Shown: positions 1 through 7,669 of the stretch, one piece after another
Position numbering within the stretch: the first letter of the stretch is position 1
Layout of the letters: every line of letters starts with the position of its first letter
Source of the DNA: Xanthomonas campestris pv. campestris str. ATCC 33913
Lineage (GTDB): Bacteria > Pseudomonadota > Gammaproteobacteria > Xanthomonadales > Xanthomonadaceae
DNA: 32,000 nt
Direction of reading: 5' to 3'
Assembly: GCF_000007145.1 (NCBI RefSeq)
Contig: NC_003902.1
Coordinates: forward strand, 1,507,436-1,539,435
Notes under the pieces: model-generated
Databases searched by the model: none
Seen by the model: the letters and a program-made list of their open reading frames with translations, nothing else
What the model was told of the DNA's origin: nothing
Program-made: the position numbers and the translations under genes

Positions 1-465
1 CAGCAGCAAGGCCAGCGATTCGGGCGTAGTGACCAGGACATCGAGCTTGCCGCTGCGGGCCAGGCGTTTGTCGCGCGCGCTGGCGTCGCCGGTGCGCAGG
101 CCCACCTGCCAATCCAGGCCCAAGGCCTCCACCGGTTCGCGCAGGGCACGCGCGGTATCGGCAGCGAGTGCGCGCAGCGGGGTGATCCACAGCACCTGCA
201 GGCTACGCTGCGGCTGCCGCCGGCCACGTGCCACCGCCGTGGCCGGCGGTGTGCGTCCGCGTGCGGCCAGCGCTTCCAGCAGCGGGCCGCCAAATGCCGC
301 CAGGGTCTTGCCGCTGCCGGTTGGGGTGTGCAGCAGGCCGGATTCGCCATCCAGATAGCGCTTCCAGACATCGCGTTGAAACGGCAATGGCGCCCAGCCG
401 CGCTGCGCAAACCAGGCCCGCCATTGCTGCAACGGCGTGCCGCGCTGTGGCGGTGCCGGGCTCAC
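1..465 (-). CDS. lhr: Lhr-type ligase-associated DEAD/DEAH-box helicase, first 155 codons (gene runs off the left edge)
   Basis: Absent from the ORF track because it has no stop in the window. Hand translation from GTG at 465: VSPAPPQRGTPLQQWRAWFAQRGWAPLPFQRDVWKRYLDGESGLLHTPTGSGKTLAAF...KLDVLVTTPESLALLL. Walker A TPTGSGKT is present. A GTGA start/stop overlap links it to the upstream ligase. Confidence 0.85.
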   Translation of the reverse strand, partial: MSPAPPQRGTPLQQWRAWFAQRGWAPLPFQRDVWKRYLDGESGLLHTPTGSGKTLAAFGGPLLEALAARGRTPPATAVARGRRQPQRSLQVLWITPLRALAADTARALREPVEALGLDWQVGLRTGDASARDKRLARSGKLDVLVTTPESLALLL

Positions 466-2066
466 CGCGCCAGTGCCTGCAGGCTGCTCAGGTGGTCGGC
501 CTCGGCGAAGGGTTTGTCATGGCGCCAGCGCAGGATGCGCGGGAAGCGCACCGCAATGCCGGACTTGTGCCGCGTGCTGCGATTCACGCCTTCAAAGCCC
601 AGTTCGAACACATGGTGCGGCGTGACCGCGCGCACCGGCCCGAAGCGCTCGGTGGTGTTGGCGCGGATCCAGCGATCCAGTTGCAGGATCTCGGTATCGT
701 CCAGGCCCGAATACGCCTTGGCGATGGGCACCAGCGCGCCGTCGTGCCAGAGCCCGAAGGTGTAGTCGGTGTACAGCGTGCTGCGCCGGCCATGGCCGGC
801 CTGTGCGTACAGCAACACCGCATCGATGGTCAGTGGGTCGATCTTCCACTTCCACCAGTCGCCACGGCGGCGGCCGGATTGGTAGGGCGAACGCGCGCGC
901 TTGAGCATCAGCCCTTCAACGCCGCGCGCACGTGCATCCAATCGCACTTGCGCGGCGGCCTGCCAATCGGTGGAGTGCACCAGCGGCGAGGCGATGATGC
1001 GTGGGTCGGCGAGGGTGGCGAGCACGCGCTCCAGTAGTGCGCGGCGTGCGTGCAGCGGGCGCTCGCGCAGGTCTTCGCCGTCCAGTTCGAGCAGGTCGTA
1101 GGCGACCACGCGCGCTGGCGCCGCCGCCAGCGTCTTGGGCCCGGGCTTGAGCCGCTGGATACGCGTCTGCAGCGCGGTGAACGGCATCGGCAACAGTTGC
1201 TCTGGTTGCCAGGCCAGCAGCTCGCCGTCGATCACGGTGCCGTCTGGCAAGCCCATGGCAGCCTGCTCGATCTCTGGAAAGCGGCCATCCAGGCGTTCTT
1301 CGCCACGCGACCACAGCGCCGCTTCACCCGCACGACGCAACAGCTGCAGCCGGATGCCATCCCACTTCCATTCCAGCAGCCAGTCGTCGATGGCGCCCAG
1401 GCTCTCGACATCGGCCTCCAGCGGCGATGCCAGAAAAAACGGGTAGGGCTGCTGGCGGTCGCCGGGCAGCGCCTCATGCGTGAGCAGGTCGGCCACATAC
1501 GTGGCATGCGGGCGCCAGCTGCCGAGCATGCGCTGGGCAATGCGTGCGATATCCACGCCCGACAGTTCTGCCAGCGCCTGCTGCACCAACCGTTGCGACA
1601 CACCCACGCGCAGGGCGCCGGTCAGCAACTTGTTGAAGACCAGGCGTTCGTCGAAGGCCAGCGTGCGCCACGCCTGCACGATGCAGTGCTTGCGCACCGC
1701 CACGTCTTGATTGGCGATCGGCAGCAGGCGTTGTTCAATCCACTCGGCCAGTGACACATCCACCGCCTCGCTGGCTGGATCATCCAGCAGCAATGCCAGT
1801 GTTTCGGCCAGATCGCCCACGTGATCGTAGCTGTCGGCTACCAGCCAGTCGGCGATCCCGGCGGCCTCGGCGATCCACTCGCGCAACTCGCCGCTGGCGG
1901 CGATGCGCATGCGCGCACTGGCCACCTTGCCACCCGCCAACAGATACAGCGCCCAGGCCGCATCCAGCGGCGGCGCTGCGCGGAAATACGCCACCAAGGC
2001 GGCGCGCTTGTCGAGCGTGCCGGTGCTGCGGTCCAGGGTGCGGTACAGCGCCGCAAACCGCTTCAC
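462..2066 (-). CDS. ATP-dependent DNA ligase (Lhr-cluster type)
   Basis: ORF 462..2309. The adenylation motif EWKWDGIR (KxDG) is present. Family-typical N-terminus VKRFAALYRTLDRSTGTLDKRAALVAYF begins at GTG 2066. The 81 upstream in-frame codons are R/C/P-rich and do not look like protein. Confidence 0.88.
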   Translation of the reverse strand: MKRFAALYRTLDRSTGTLDKRAALVAYFRAAPPLDAAWALYLLAGGKVASARMRIAASGELREWIAEAAGIADWLVADSYDHVGDLAETLALLLDDPASEAVDVSLAEWIEQRLLPIANQDVAVRKHCIVQAWRTLAFDERLVFNKLLTGALRVGVSQRLVQQALAELSGVDIARIAQRMLGSWRPHATYVADLLTHEALPGDRQQPYPFFLASPLEADVESLGAIDDWLLEWKWDGIRLQLLRRAGEAALWSRGEERLDGRFPEIEQAAMGLPDGTVIDGELLAWQPEQLLPMPFTALQTRIQRLKPGPKTLAAAPARVVAYDLLELDGEDLRERPLHARRALLERVLATLADPRIIASPLVHSTDWQAAAQVRLDARARGVEGLMLKRARSPYQSGRRRGDWWKWKIDPLTIDAVLLYAQAGHGRRSTLYTDYTFGLWHDGALVPIAKAYSGLDDTEILQLDRWIRANTTERFGPVRAVTPHHVFELGFEGVNRSTRHKSGIAVRFPRILRWRHDKPFAEADHLSSLQALAR

Positions 2067-2292
2067 GGCGTTGTTTCCGCGCTGGCCAGCAGCGGTTTCG
2101 CGCGCAGACGCAAGGCAGCGCGGGTGAATGCACTCAACGCACGTGGGCGCCGTTGCGGGCGCGGTGGCCCCAGCGTGGCGGCGGGGGTGGCGCGATGCAC
2201 GCAGAAGGCCAGCGCATGCCGGCGAAACGCCAGTGCGCCACTCAGCCGGATCCGCGGCCGCGCGCGGACATAGCGGCGTGCAGGCAACGGAT

Positions 2293-3303
2293 TCATTCCT
2301 CGGCTCCAAAGTCGGTGCGGAAGGCTTCGGCGGCCACGCCGTGCTCGCGCAGGTGCTGGATCAACGCATCGGTGTTGCCATGCGTGGCGATGACCCGGCG
2401 CGCGCCGGTGTCGGCGATGGTGCGCAGCAGGTCGGGCCAGTCGGCATGATCGGACACCACAAAGCCACGGTCGTAGTTGCGTCGCCTCCGGTTGCCGCGG
2501 ATGCGCATCCAGCCCGAGGCAAAACCCTGCTGCGCATGCCGGAAGCGGCGAATCCACGGGCTGCCGGCCGCCGATGGCGGGGCCAGCACCAATTGCCCCG
2601 CGTAGTCGGCGCCGCGTGCGTGTTCGCTCACCGGTTGCGTCTCCAGCATGGCGATGCCGGCGTGCCGGTACACCTCCACGCCGGCGGCGATTGCGCCATG
2701 CAACAGCGCTGGCTGCGTGTCCCAGGCGCGCAATTCGGCAAGCACGCGCTGCGCCTTGCCCAGCGCATAGCAATACAGGATCGCCGCCTCGCCGCGCGCG
2801 GCGCACTCATGGCGCCAGGCCACGATATCGGCCGCCACCTGCGCGGTGTCAGGCCAGCGGTACACGGGCAGCCCGAAGGTTGCTTCGGTGATGAAGGTGT
2901 CGCACGGCACCACTTCGAACGGCGCGCAGGTGGGGTCGTGTTGGCGTTTGTAGTCGCCGGAGGCTACCCACACCTGGCCATCGACTTCGATGCGCACCTG
3001 CGCGGAGCCCAGCACATGACCCGCCGGATGCAAGGACACTCGCGCGCGTCCCAGGGTGAACGCCTCGCCATTGGCATGCGGGTGATAGACCTGCTCGCCC
3101 AGCCGCCATTGCAGGATCGGCAGGCTTTCGCGCGTGCAGTGGTACTCGCCCATGCCGCCGCGTGCGTGGTCGCCATGACCATGCGTGATCACCGCGCGCG
3201 GCACCGGCCGCCATGGATCGATATGGAAATCGCCTTGTGGGCAGTACAGCCCTTCGGGCCCAAGCACCACCAGATCGCCGCGTGTGTCATTGCCGTTGTG
3301 CAT
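2293..3303 (-). CDS. Ligase-associated DNA damage response exonuclease (metallo-beta-lactamase / beta-CASP fold)
   Basis: 336-aa ORF with the MBL motif ITHGHGDHARGG. It lies in the same strand cluster as the ligase and Lhr helicase. Confidence 0.88.
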   Translation of the reverse strand: MHNGNDTRGDLVVLGPEGLYCPQGDFHIDPWRPVPRAVITHGHGDHARGGMGEYHCTRESLPILQWRLGEQVYHPHANGEAFTLGRARVSLHPAGHVLGSAQVRIEVDGQVWVASGDYKRQHDPTCAPFEVVPCDTFITEATFGLPVYRWPDTAQVAADIVAWRHECAARGEAAILYCYALGKAQRVLAELRAWDTQPALLHGAIAAGVEVYRHAGIAMLETQPVSEHARGADYAGQLVLAPPSAAGSPWIRRFRHAQQGFASGWMRIRGNRRRRNYDRGFVVSDHADWPDLLRTIADTGARRVIATHGNTDALIQHLREHGVAAEAFRTDFGAEE

Positions 3304-3745
3304 TCGGCAACTCTGGCCAAGCCGATGTGCAGATCCTGAGAATGGGGGCGGTGCGTGCGAGATGCTGCCTGTGTTGCGCAGATGCGGCGTGCGCGGCGGT
3401 GTCAGGTGCCTGGGTGTGGAAGGCCGCGATGGGGAGCACAGAGCCCCGCGCGGTGGAGGTTGCGCTGGTCGCCAGTGGGCAACGATGCAGCCGCGTCACG
3501 AAGCTGCGCGCGGCGACTGCTCCACGAGCACGCACGCATTGGGCAGGTGCTGTAACAAGGCGCCATTGCTGCCAGCACGATCCAGGTGCACGTGGGACAG
3601 TATCAACCATTTCTTGCGCGCGATGGGCTACCAACGTTGTGTCCGGACTGATCGCCGGAAACCGCAACAGGCCGATGCAACTGCCGACCCAGGAGGCGCA
3701 CGGCGCCGACTGCGGGCCACGCCACACCGCAATTACGCAGCGCAG

Positions 3746-4111
3746 CTAATGCCGCGTACGCCGCCCAGTCGTTCGCACCGCAGTTGCTTCCACCGCCAGG
3801 GTGAAGCCGCGTTCCTCACCACCCTGCATGGCGCCCACGTCCACCACCTGGCGGCGGATTTCCTCGCCCTTGCCGTTGCGCACCACCACCACCACCGTGT
3901 ATTCCCAGGCATCGCCATCGGCCGGGTGGCGAATCGTGCCGTCGACCTTGAGCGGCACGATCGGCGCCGGCTGGGTGTGCTGCGCCGCCGCCGAATCGAA
4001 GCGCAGATGGTGCCGGCAGGCAGGGCAGACGACCGCGCTTTCCAGGATCGTCGCCTTGCAATGCGGGCAGCTGCGCGTGGCGCCGGGCGTGCCCGGGCGG
4101 GGTGCACTCAT
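3746..4111 (-). CDS. Zinc-ribbon protein of unknown function (CxxC...CxxC N-terminus, beta-rich C-terminus)
   Basis: 121-aa ORF with SCPHCKATILESAVVCPACRHH. Its ATG overlaps the bactofilin stop (ATGA at 4108-4111), suggesting translational coupling. Confidence 0.65.
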   Translation of the reverse strand: MSAPRPGTPGATRSCPHCKATILESAVVCPACRHHLRFDSAAAQHTQPAPIVPLKVDGTIRHPADGDAWEYTVVVVVRNGKGEEIRRQVVDVGAMQGGEERGFTLAVEATAVRTTGRRTRH

Positions 4112-4668
4112 GTGGCGTCGCTGTCTCCGGCCGCAACCACCGGTTTGGCCGGCGGCTTGCTGCCGGTGTCCTCGCCCCAGCCAAAGTCGGCCTGGCCACG
4201 CATGCGCGCGCCGGAGGCGACAGTGAGGCTACCGGCCTTGACGTCGCCGACCAGCACGCCGGAGGTCTGCAACTCCACCTGCGCAGCCGATTCGATATTG
4301 CCTTCCAGTTCCCCGGCAATGATCACCTTGTTGGCGCGCACGCCGCCGTTGAGCTTGGCGCCACGTTCGATGGTGAGATCGCCCTTGACGTTGACGTCGC
4401 CCTTGAACCGGCCGGCCAGGCGCACATGTCCGGCACCTTCGATCTTACCCTCGATGCTGATGTCGGCGGCGATCAGGGATTCCTTCGCCTCGCTCTGCCG
4501 GGTTGGCGCCGGCGTCGCCGCCACCGGCGGGCTTGGCGTCACCGCCGCTGCAGCGGCCGGGGCGGGGGTGGGTTCGGCATTGAACAAGCGGCCATCGGCC
4601 GGCGGAACCTCGGGCGCTGCGGGAACGCCGTCTTTCTTGTTGGGACCTTGATCGCGCCACATCGACAT
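4108..4668 (-). CDS. Bactofilin (polymer-forming cytoskeletal protein, DUF583)
   Basis: Beta-helical repeat core: ISIEGKIEGAGHVRLAGRFKGDVNVKGDLTIERGAKLNGGVRANKVIIAGELEGNIESAAQVELQTSGVLVGDVKAGSLTVASGARMRG. N-terminal tail is Pro/Ala-rich. Start set at ATG 4668, which has GAGG 8 nt upstream. The ORF-track start at 4695 is a GTG without an SD. Confidence 0.85.
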   Translation of the reverse strand: MSMWRDQGPNKKDGVPAAPEVPPADGRLFNAEPTPAPAAAAAVTPSPPVAATPAPTRQSEAKESLIAADISIEGKIEGAGHVRLAGRFKGDVNVKGDLTIERGAKLNGGVRANKVIIAGELEGNIESAAQVELQTSGVLVGDVKAGSLTVASGARMRGQADFGWGEDTGSKPPAKPVVAAGDSDAT

Positions 4669-4737
4669 CGGGACTGCCTCGCTTGGATGGGTCACGCCGA
4701 CTATCGCTGCGCTAGAGCATCTTTTGTGTGACGAATC

Positions 4738-6474
4738 TCAAACAATTGCGCCGTTTGTGCCAACCGGTTCGGCATTCACCGCCACCGCCCCGTGCCGTTC
4801 CACCCGGTTGCGGCCCTGGCGCTTGGCCACGTACAGCGCGGCATCGGCCTTCTGGATCAAGGCCGATCCCAGCTCGCCATCGGCCGGGAAGCTGGCCACG
4901 CCGATCGACGCGGTGACCCGTGGCAGCGCGCGCTGGCCGTCGCTGACCGCCAGCGCAGCAATGTGGCCGCGGATCTGTTCGGCCACGCGCATCGCTTCCT
5001 CGCCGTCGGTTTCCGGCAGGATCACGGTGAATTCCTCGCCACCGTAGCGGCAGGCCACGTCTTCGGCGCGCAGGCGGGTGAGCAGCAATTCACCGACTGC
5101 GGCCAGCAATAGATCGCCGCCGGCATGGCCCTGGCCGTCGTTGAACTGCTTGAAGTGGTCCACATCCAGCATCAGTACCGACAGCGGCAGATCACGGCGT
5201 GCGCAGCGCGCCAGTTCATGGCTGAGCGCTTCTTCCAGGTAACGGCGGTTGTACAACCCCGTCAGCGCATCGCGGATGGACTGACGGCGCAGCGATTCGC
5301 GCAGACGCAAATTGCTCAAGGCCAGCGACAACTGCTCGGCGGCCGCTTCAGCGATCTCCAGGCGGGGCATCGGCGCCGGGCCGGGCGCGGACAGGAACAG
5401 AAAACCCAGCTGCGTGCCCTGTGCCGACATCGGCAGGCACGCGGTGGTGATTGCCACGCTCGCATCGGGCAGGTCGATGTGCGCGCACGGCGCATCGCGC
5501 GCCAGGTCTTCGATCAGGTGGGGCTGGCCGCGGCGCAGTGCCCAGCACTCTTCGGGCAGCAGGTGCGAGGCGCTGTGCACCAACGGCGTGCCCCAGTGGC
5601 TGATCACCTCGGCGCGGTCCTGCGAGGCGCGCAGCAGATACACGCTGCCGGCAATGCCGGGCAGCAAATGCGCGAGCGTGCGGCTGGTGACATCCAGTGC
5701 TTCTTCGGCACTGACGCAACTCTGCAGCAGGCCGGTGTAGCGGCTGAGCAAATTGAGATCGGCCGCGCTGCGCTGCAGGGCGCCGATGCTCTCGCCCAGT
5801 TCCTGGTTGGCACGTGCGGCATGCCGCTCGGCCTGCGCGCGATGCCGCAGTTCGCGCATCAGCAGGCCGTACACCGTGCCGACCACGGCCAGCCCTAACG
5901 GGATGCCGGCCAGCGCCAGGATCAGCAACAACAACGCACTTTGGCGGCTGCTTTCCGCACGCAATGCCAGCAGCTCCTGCTCGCGCTGCACCATGGTCAG
6001 TGCCTGTTCGCGGATGACGCTGGTGGTGCGAAACGCGGTCTGGCGAATGCTTGTACGCGCCGGCTCCAGGCCGCTGTCGGCGTAGACGTCGAGCACGTGC
6101 TGAATCTGTTTGAGCCGCGTGTCGACCAGATGATGCAGTTGATCCAGATGCGCCACCTGCGAAGGGTTGTCGGCGATCTTGCGGCGCAAGTTGCCGATCA
6201 GGATCGGCAGCCGCTCCACGCTGGTCTGATAGTCCAGCAGGTACGCGTCATTGCCGGTGAGCAGGTAGCCGCGCTCGGCCGATTCGGCATCGAGCACGCG
6301 CGCCTGGATCTCATCGACGCGGCCAATGACTTCATGCGTATGCGAGACGAGCGCGGCATCGGCGAGGGAGCGGCGCGCACCGATGAAGATGCCGATCCCG
6401 ATCGCAATAAAGATGAGCGCAGAGAAGACCAGCGCCAGCTGATTGCGGCGCCGCGAGGTAAAGGAAGAAGGCAT
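4738..6474 (-). CDS. Diguanylate cyclase with TM-CHASE3-TM, GAF and GGDEF domains
   Basis: 578-aa ORF. CHASE3 signature VSHTHEVIGRVDEIQARVLDAESAERGYLLTGNDAYLLDY lies between two TM segments. A GAF-like middle region is present. The C-terminal GGDEF domain has the active site RYGGEEF. Confidence 0.9.
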   Translation of the reverse strand: MPSSFTSRRRNQLALVFSALIFIAIGIGIFIGARRSLADAALVSHTHEVIGRVDEIQARVLDAESAERGYLLTGNDAYLLDYQTSVERLPILIGNLRRKIADNPSQVAHLDQLHHLVDTRLKQIQHVLDVYADSGLEPARTSIRQTAFRTTSVIREQALTMVQREQELLALRAESSRQSALLLLILALAGIPLGLAVVGTVYGLLMRELRHRAQAERHAARANQELGESIGALQRSAADLNLLSRYTGLLQSCVSAEEALDVTSRTLAHLLPGIAGSVYLLRASQDRAEVISHWGTPLVHSASHLLPEECWALRRGQPHLIEDLARDAPCAHIDLPDASVAITTACLPMSAQGTQLGFLFLSAPGPAPMPRLEIAEAAAEQLSLALSNLRLRESLRRQSIRDALTGLYNRRYLEEALSHELARCARRDLPLSVLMLDVDHFKQFNDGQGHAGGDLLLAAVGELLLTRLRAEDVACRYGGEEFTVILPETDGEEAMRVAEQIRGHIAALAVSDGQRALPRVTASIGVASFPADGELGSALIQKADAALYVAKRQGRNRVERHGAVAVNAEPVGTNGAIV

Positions 6475-6528
6475 CCGCAGATCCTAGCGTGCCAGGCTCG
6501 ACAACACGAGCCGGCTGCTTGTCCGGGG

Positions 6529-6564
6529 CTGCATGCACCGGACAGATATCACCGGTGCATGCAG
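6529..6564. repeat. Perfect 13-bp inverted repeat CTGCATGCACCGG-N10-CCGGTGCATGCAG
   Basis: Read directly from the sequence. It lies between the lipoprotein gene stop (6618) and the cyclase start (6474). No T-tract follows on either strand. Confidence 0.6.
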
Positions 6565-6617
6565 GAGTTGCGAAGCACGTCGCGGATTGCGTGCGTGCTC
6601 AGGCGTTGCGGTTGCAC

Positions 6618-6953
6618 TCAATGCTGCGCGTCGTGCTCGGCATTCTTTTCGGCCGCATTCTGCTCGGCCTTGTTGGCCATCTCGCGGGTCTTGTCGGCAG
6701 TGGCATCGGCGGCGTTGGCGGTAGCGCGGCTGGCGTCGGCGGCCAGGTCGCGTGCGGCGACGCGTGCATCGGCAGTGGCTTCCTTGGCCTGCACGGCAGC
6801 GCGGTCGGCGGCCTGCTCGGTCGCGGCGGCAGCGTGCTTTGCGGCAGAGGCGGCATCGCGGCGTGCCTGTTCGGCATCCGGGCCCTGGCAGGCGGCGAGG
6901 GTTACCACAGCAACAGCAACGGCGCTCAGCGACAGCATGCGGATCTTGTTCAT
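6618..6953 (-). CDS. Ala-rich low-complexity lipoprotein
   Basis: Within ORF 6618..7037. Start set at ATG 6953, giving MNKIRMLSLSAVAVAVVTLAAC (lipobox LAAC), with AGGA 5 nt upstream. The mature part is almost entirely A/D/E/K/Q/R/T. Confidence 0.75.
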   Translation of the reverse strand: MNKIRMLSLSAVAVAVVTLAACQGPDAEQARRDAASAAKHAAAATEQAADRAAVQAKEATADARVAARDLAADASRATANAADATADKTREMANKAEQNAAEKNAEHDAQH

Positions 6954-7142
6954 GGGTGGGTCCTGTTCCGGTTCCGATTGGAAAGCGGAGCTTATGCAGA
7001 CCCGGATGCAGCCGGTGTCAATGCCGCGAGGCCGCACTCAGCTGCGCGAACAGAAGCGGTGGAGCCGCAGTGCGGTTACGCGCGCATAGATACGCGTTGG
7101 GCAGTACGCGTGGACGTGAGGTGGGCAACACTCAACACCCAG

Positions 7143-7175
7143 GCAAAGAAAAAGCCGCTGGAAACCAGCGGCTTT
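7143..7175 (-). terminator. Rho-independent terminator after the 7205..7546 lipoprotein gene
   Basis: 8-bp GC stem GCCGCTGG/CCAGCGGC (7154-7161 / 7165-7172) with a 3-nt loop. On the minus strand it is followed by TTTTTCTTTG. Confidence 0.8.
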
Positions 7176-7204
7176 CTCCGAACGCGCTTGGAGCTAAGAA
7201 GTGA

Positions 7205-7546
7205 TTACTTCTTGGCTTCTTCAGCGGTGTCCTTAGCAGCTTCGGCGGTGTCTTCAGCCGTCTTGGCAGCGTCAGCAGCCTGGTCAGCAGCAGCGTCGGT
7301 GGCGGCGCCGGAAGCAGCCTGGGCAGCGTCAGCAGCGGTGTCAGCCGAAGCAGCGGCAGTGTTGGCAGCAGCCTGAGCGGCGTCAGCCGACTGCGAGCCC
7401 GAGGCAGCAGCCTGGTCAGCAGCGGTCTGAGCGTCGGTTGCAGCTTCGTTAGCCGAAGCAGCAGCGTCCTGAGCCTGTTCCGGCTTCGAGCAAGCGGTCA
7501 GGGCCAGGCCCAGAGCCATTGCGATCAGCAGCTTGTTGATGGTCAT
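7205..7546 (-). CDS. Ala/Asp/Thr-rich low-complexity lipoprotein
   Basis: 113-aa ORF starting MTINKLLIAMALGLALTAC (lipobox LTAC), with GAGGA upstream and its own terminator. The mature region has no hydrophobic core and is internally repetitive at the DNA level. Confidence 0.8.
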   Translation of the reverse strand: MTINKLLIAMALGLALTACSKPEQAQDAAASANEAATDAQTAADQAAASGSQSADAAQAAANTAAASADTAADAAQAASGAATDAAADQAADAAKTAEDTAEAAKDTAEEAKK

Positions 7547-7669
7547 TGTTTCAATCCTCGTCGATTAGATTAGGCAACGCGCTATTGCGCGCCCCCGACA
7601 TGATGACGGCCCGAAGACTAGTGTCAAGCGCGCGCGCATTCAGCTTTGCAAATTCGCTGTTAATGCCAA

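Noticed and set aside
228-1037. Long ORF-track entries antisense to real genes. Examples: 228..1037+, 2128..3339+, 3185..4651+, 5941..7089+, 10223..11641-, 11869..12786+, 18032..18991-, 19432..20910+, 21804..22718+, 24362..25696+, 25576..27144+, 27394..28404-, 29035..29868-, 30801..31886-.
   Set aside because: Each lies opposite a gene with clear family motifs. Their translations are Arg/Ala/Gly/Pro-rich with no recognisable domains. These are typical shadow ORFs of high-GC DNA.
2067-2309. Extended 615-aa version of the ligase starting at ATG 2309.
   Set aside because: The family-typical N-terminus (VKRFAALYRTLD...) starts at GTG 2066. The extra 81 residues are Cys/Arg/Pro-rich and do not look like protein. 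It is kept only as an open question in the findings.
7088-7116. Direct repeat TACGCGT(T/G)GG x2 upstream of the 6618 lipoprotein gene.
   Set aside because: Only two short copies, each containing the common ACGCGT palindrome. The evidence is insufficient.
7205-7546. Short DNA repeats inside the Ala-rich lipoprotein gene as a CRISPR-like or tandem-repeat array.
   Set aside because: The repeats are irregular, in frame, and explained by repetitive Ala/Asp/Gln codons. There is no spacer/repeat periodicity.
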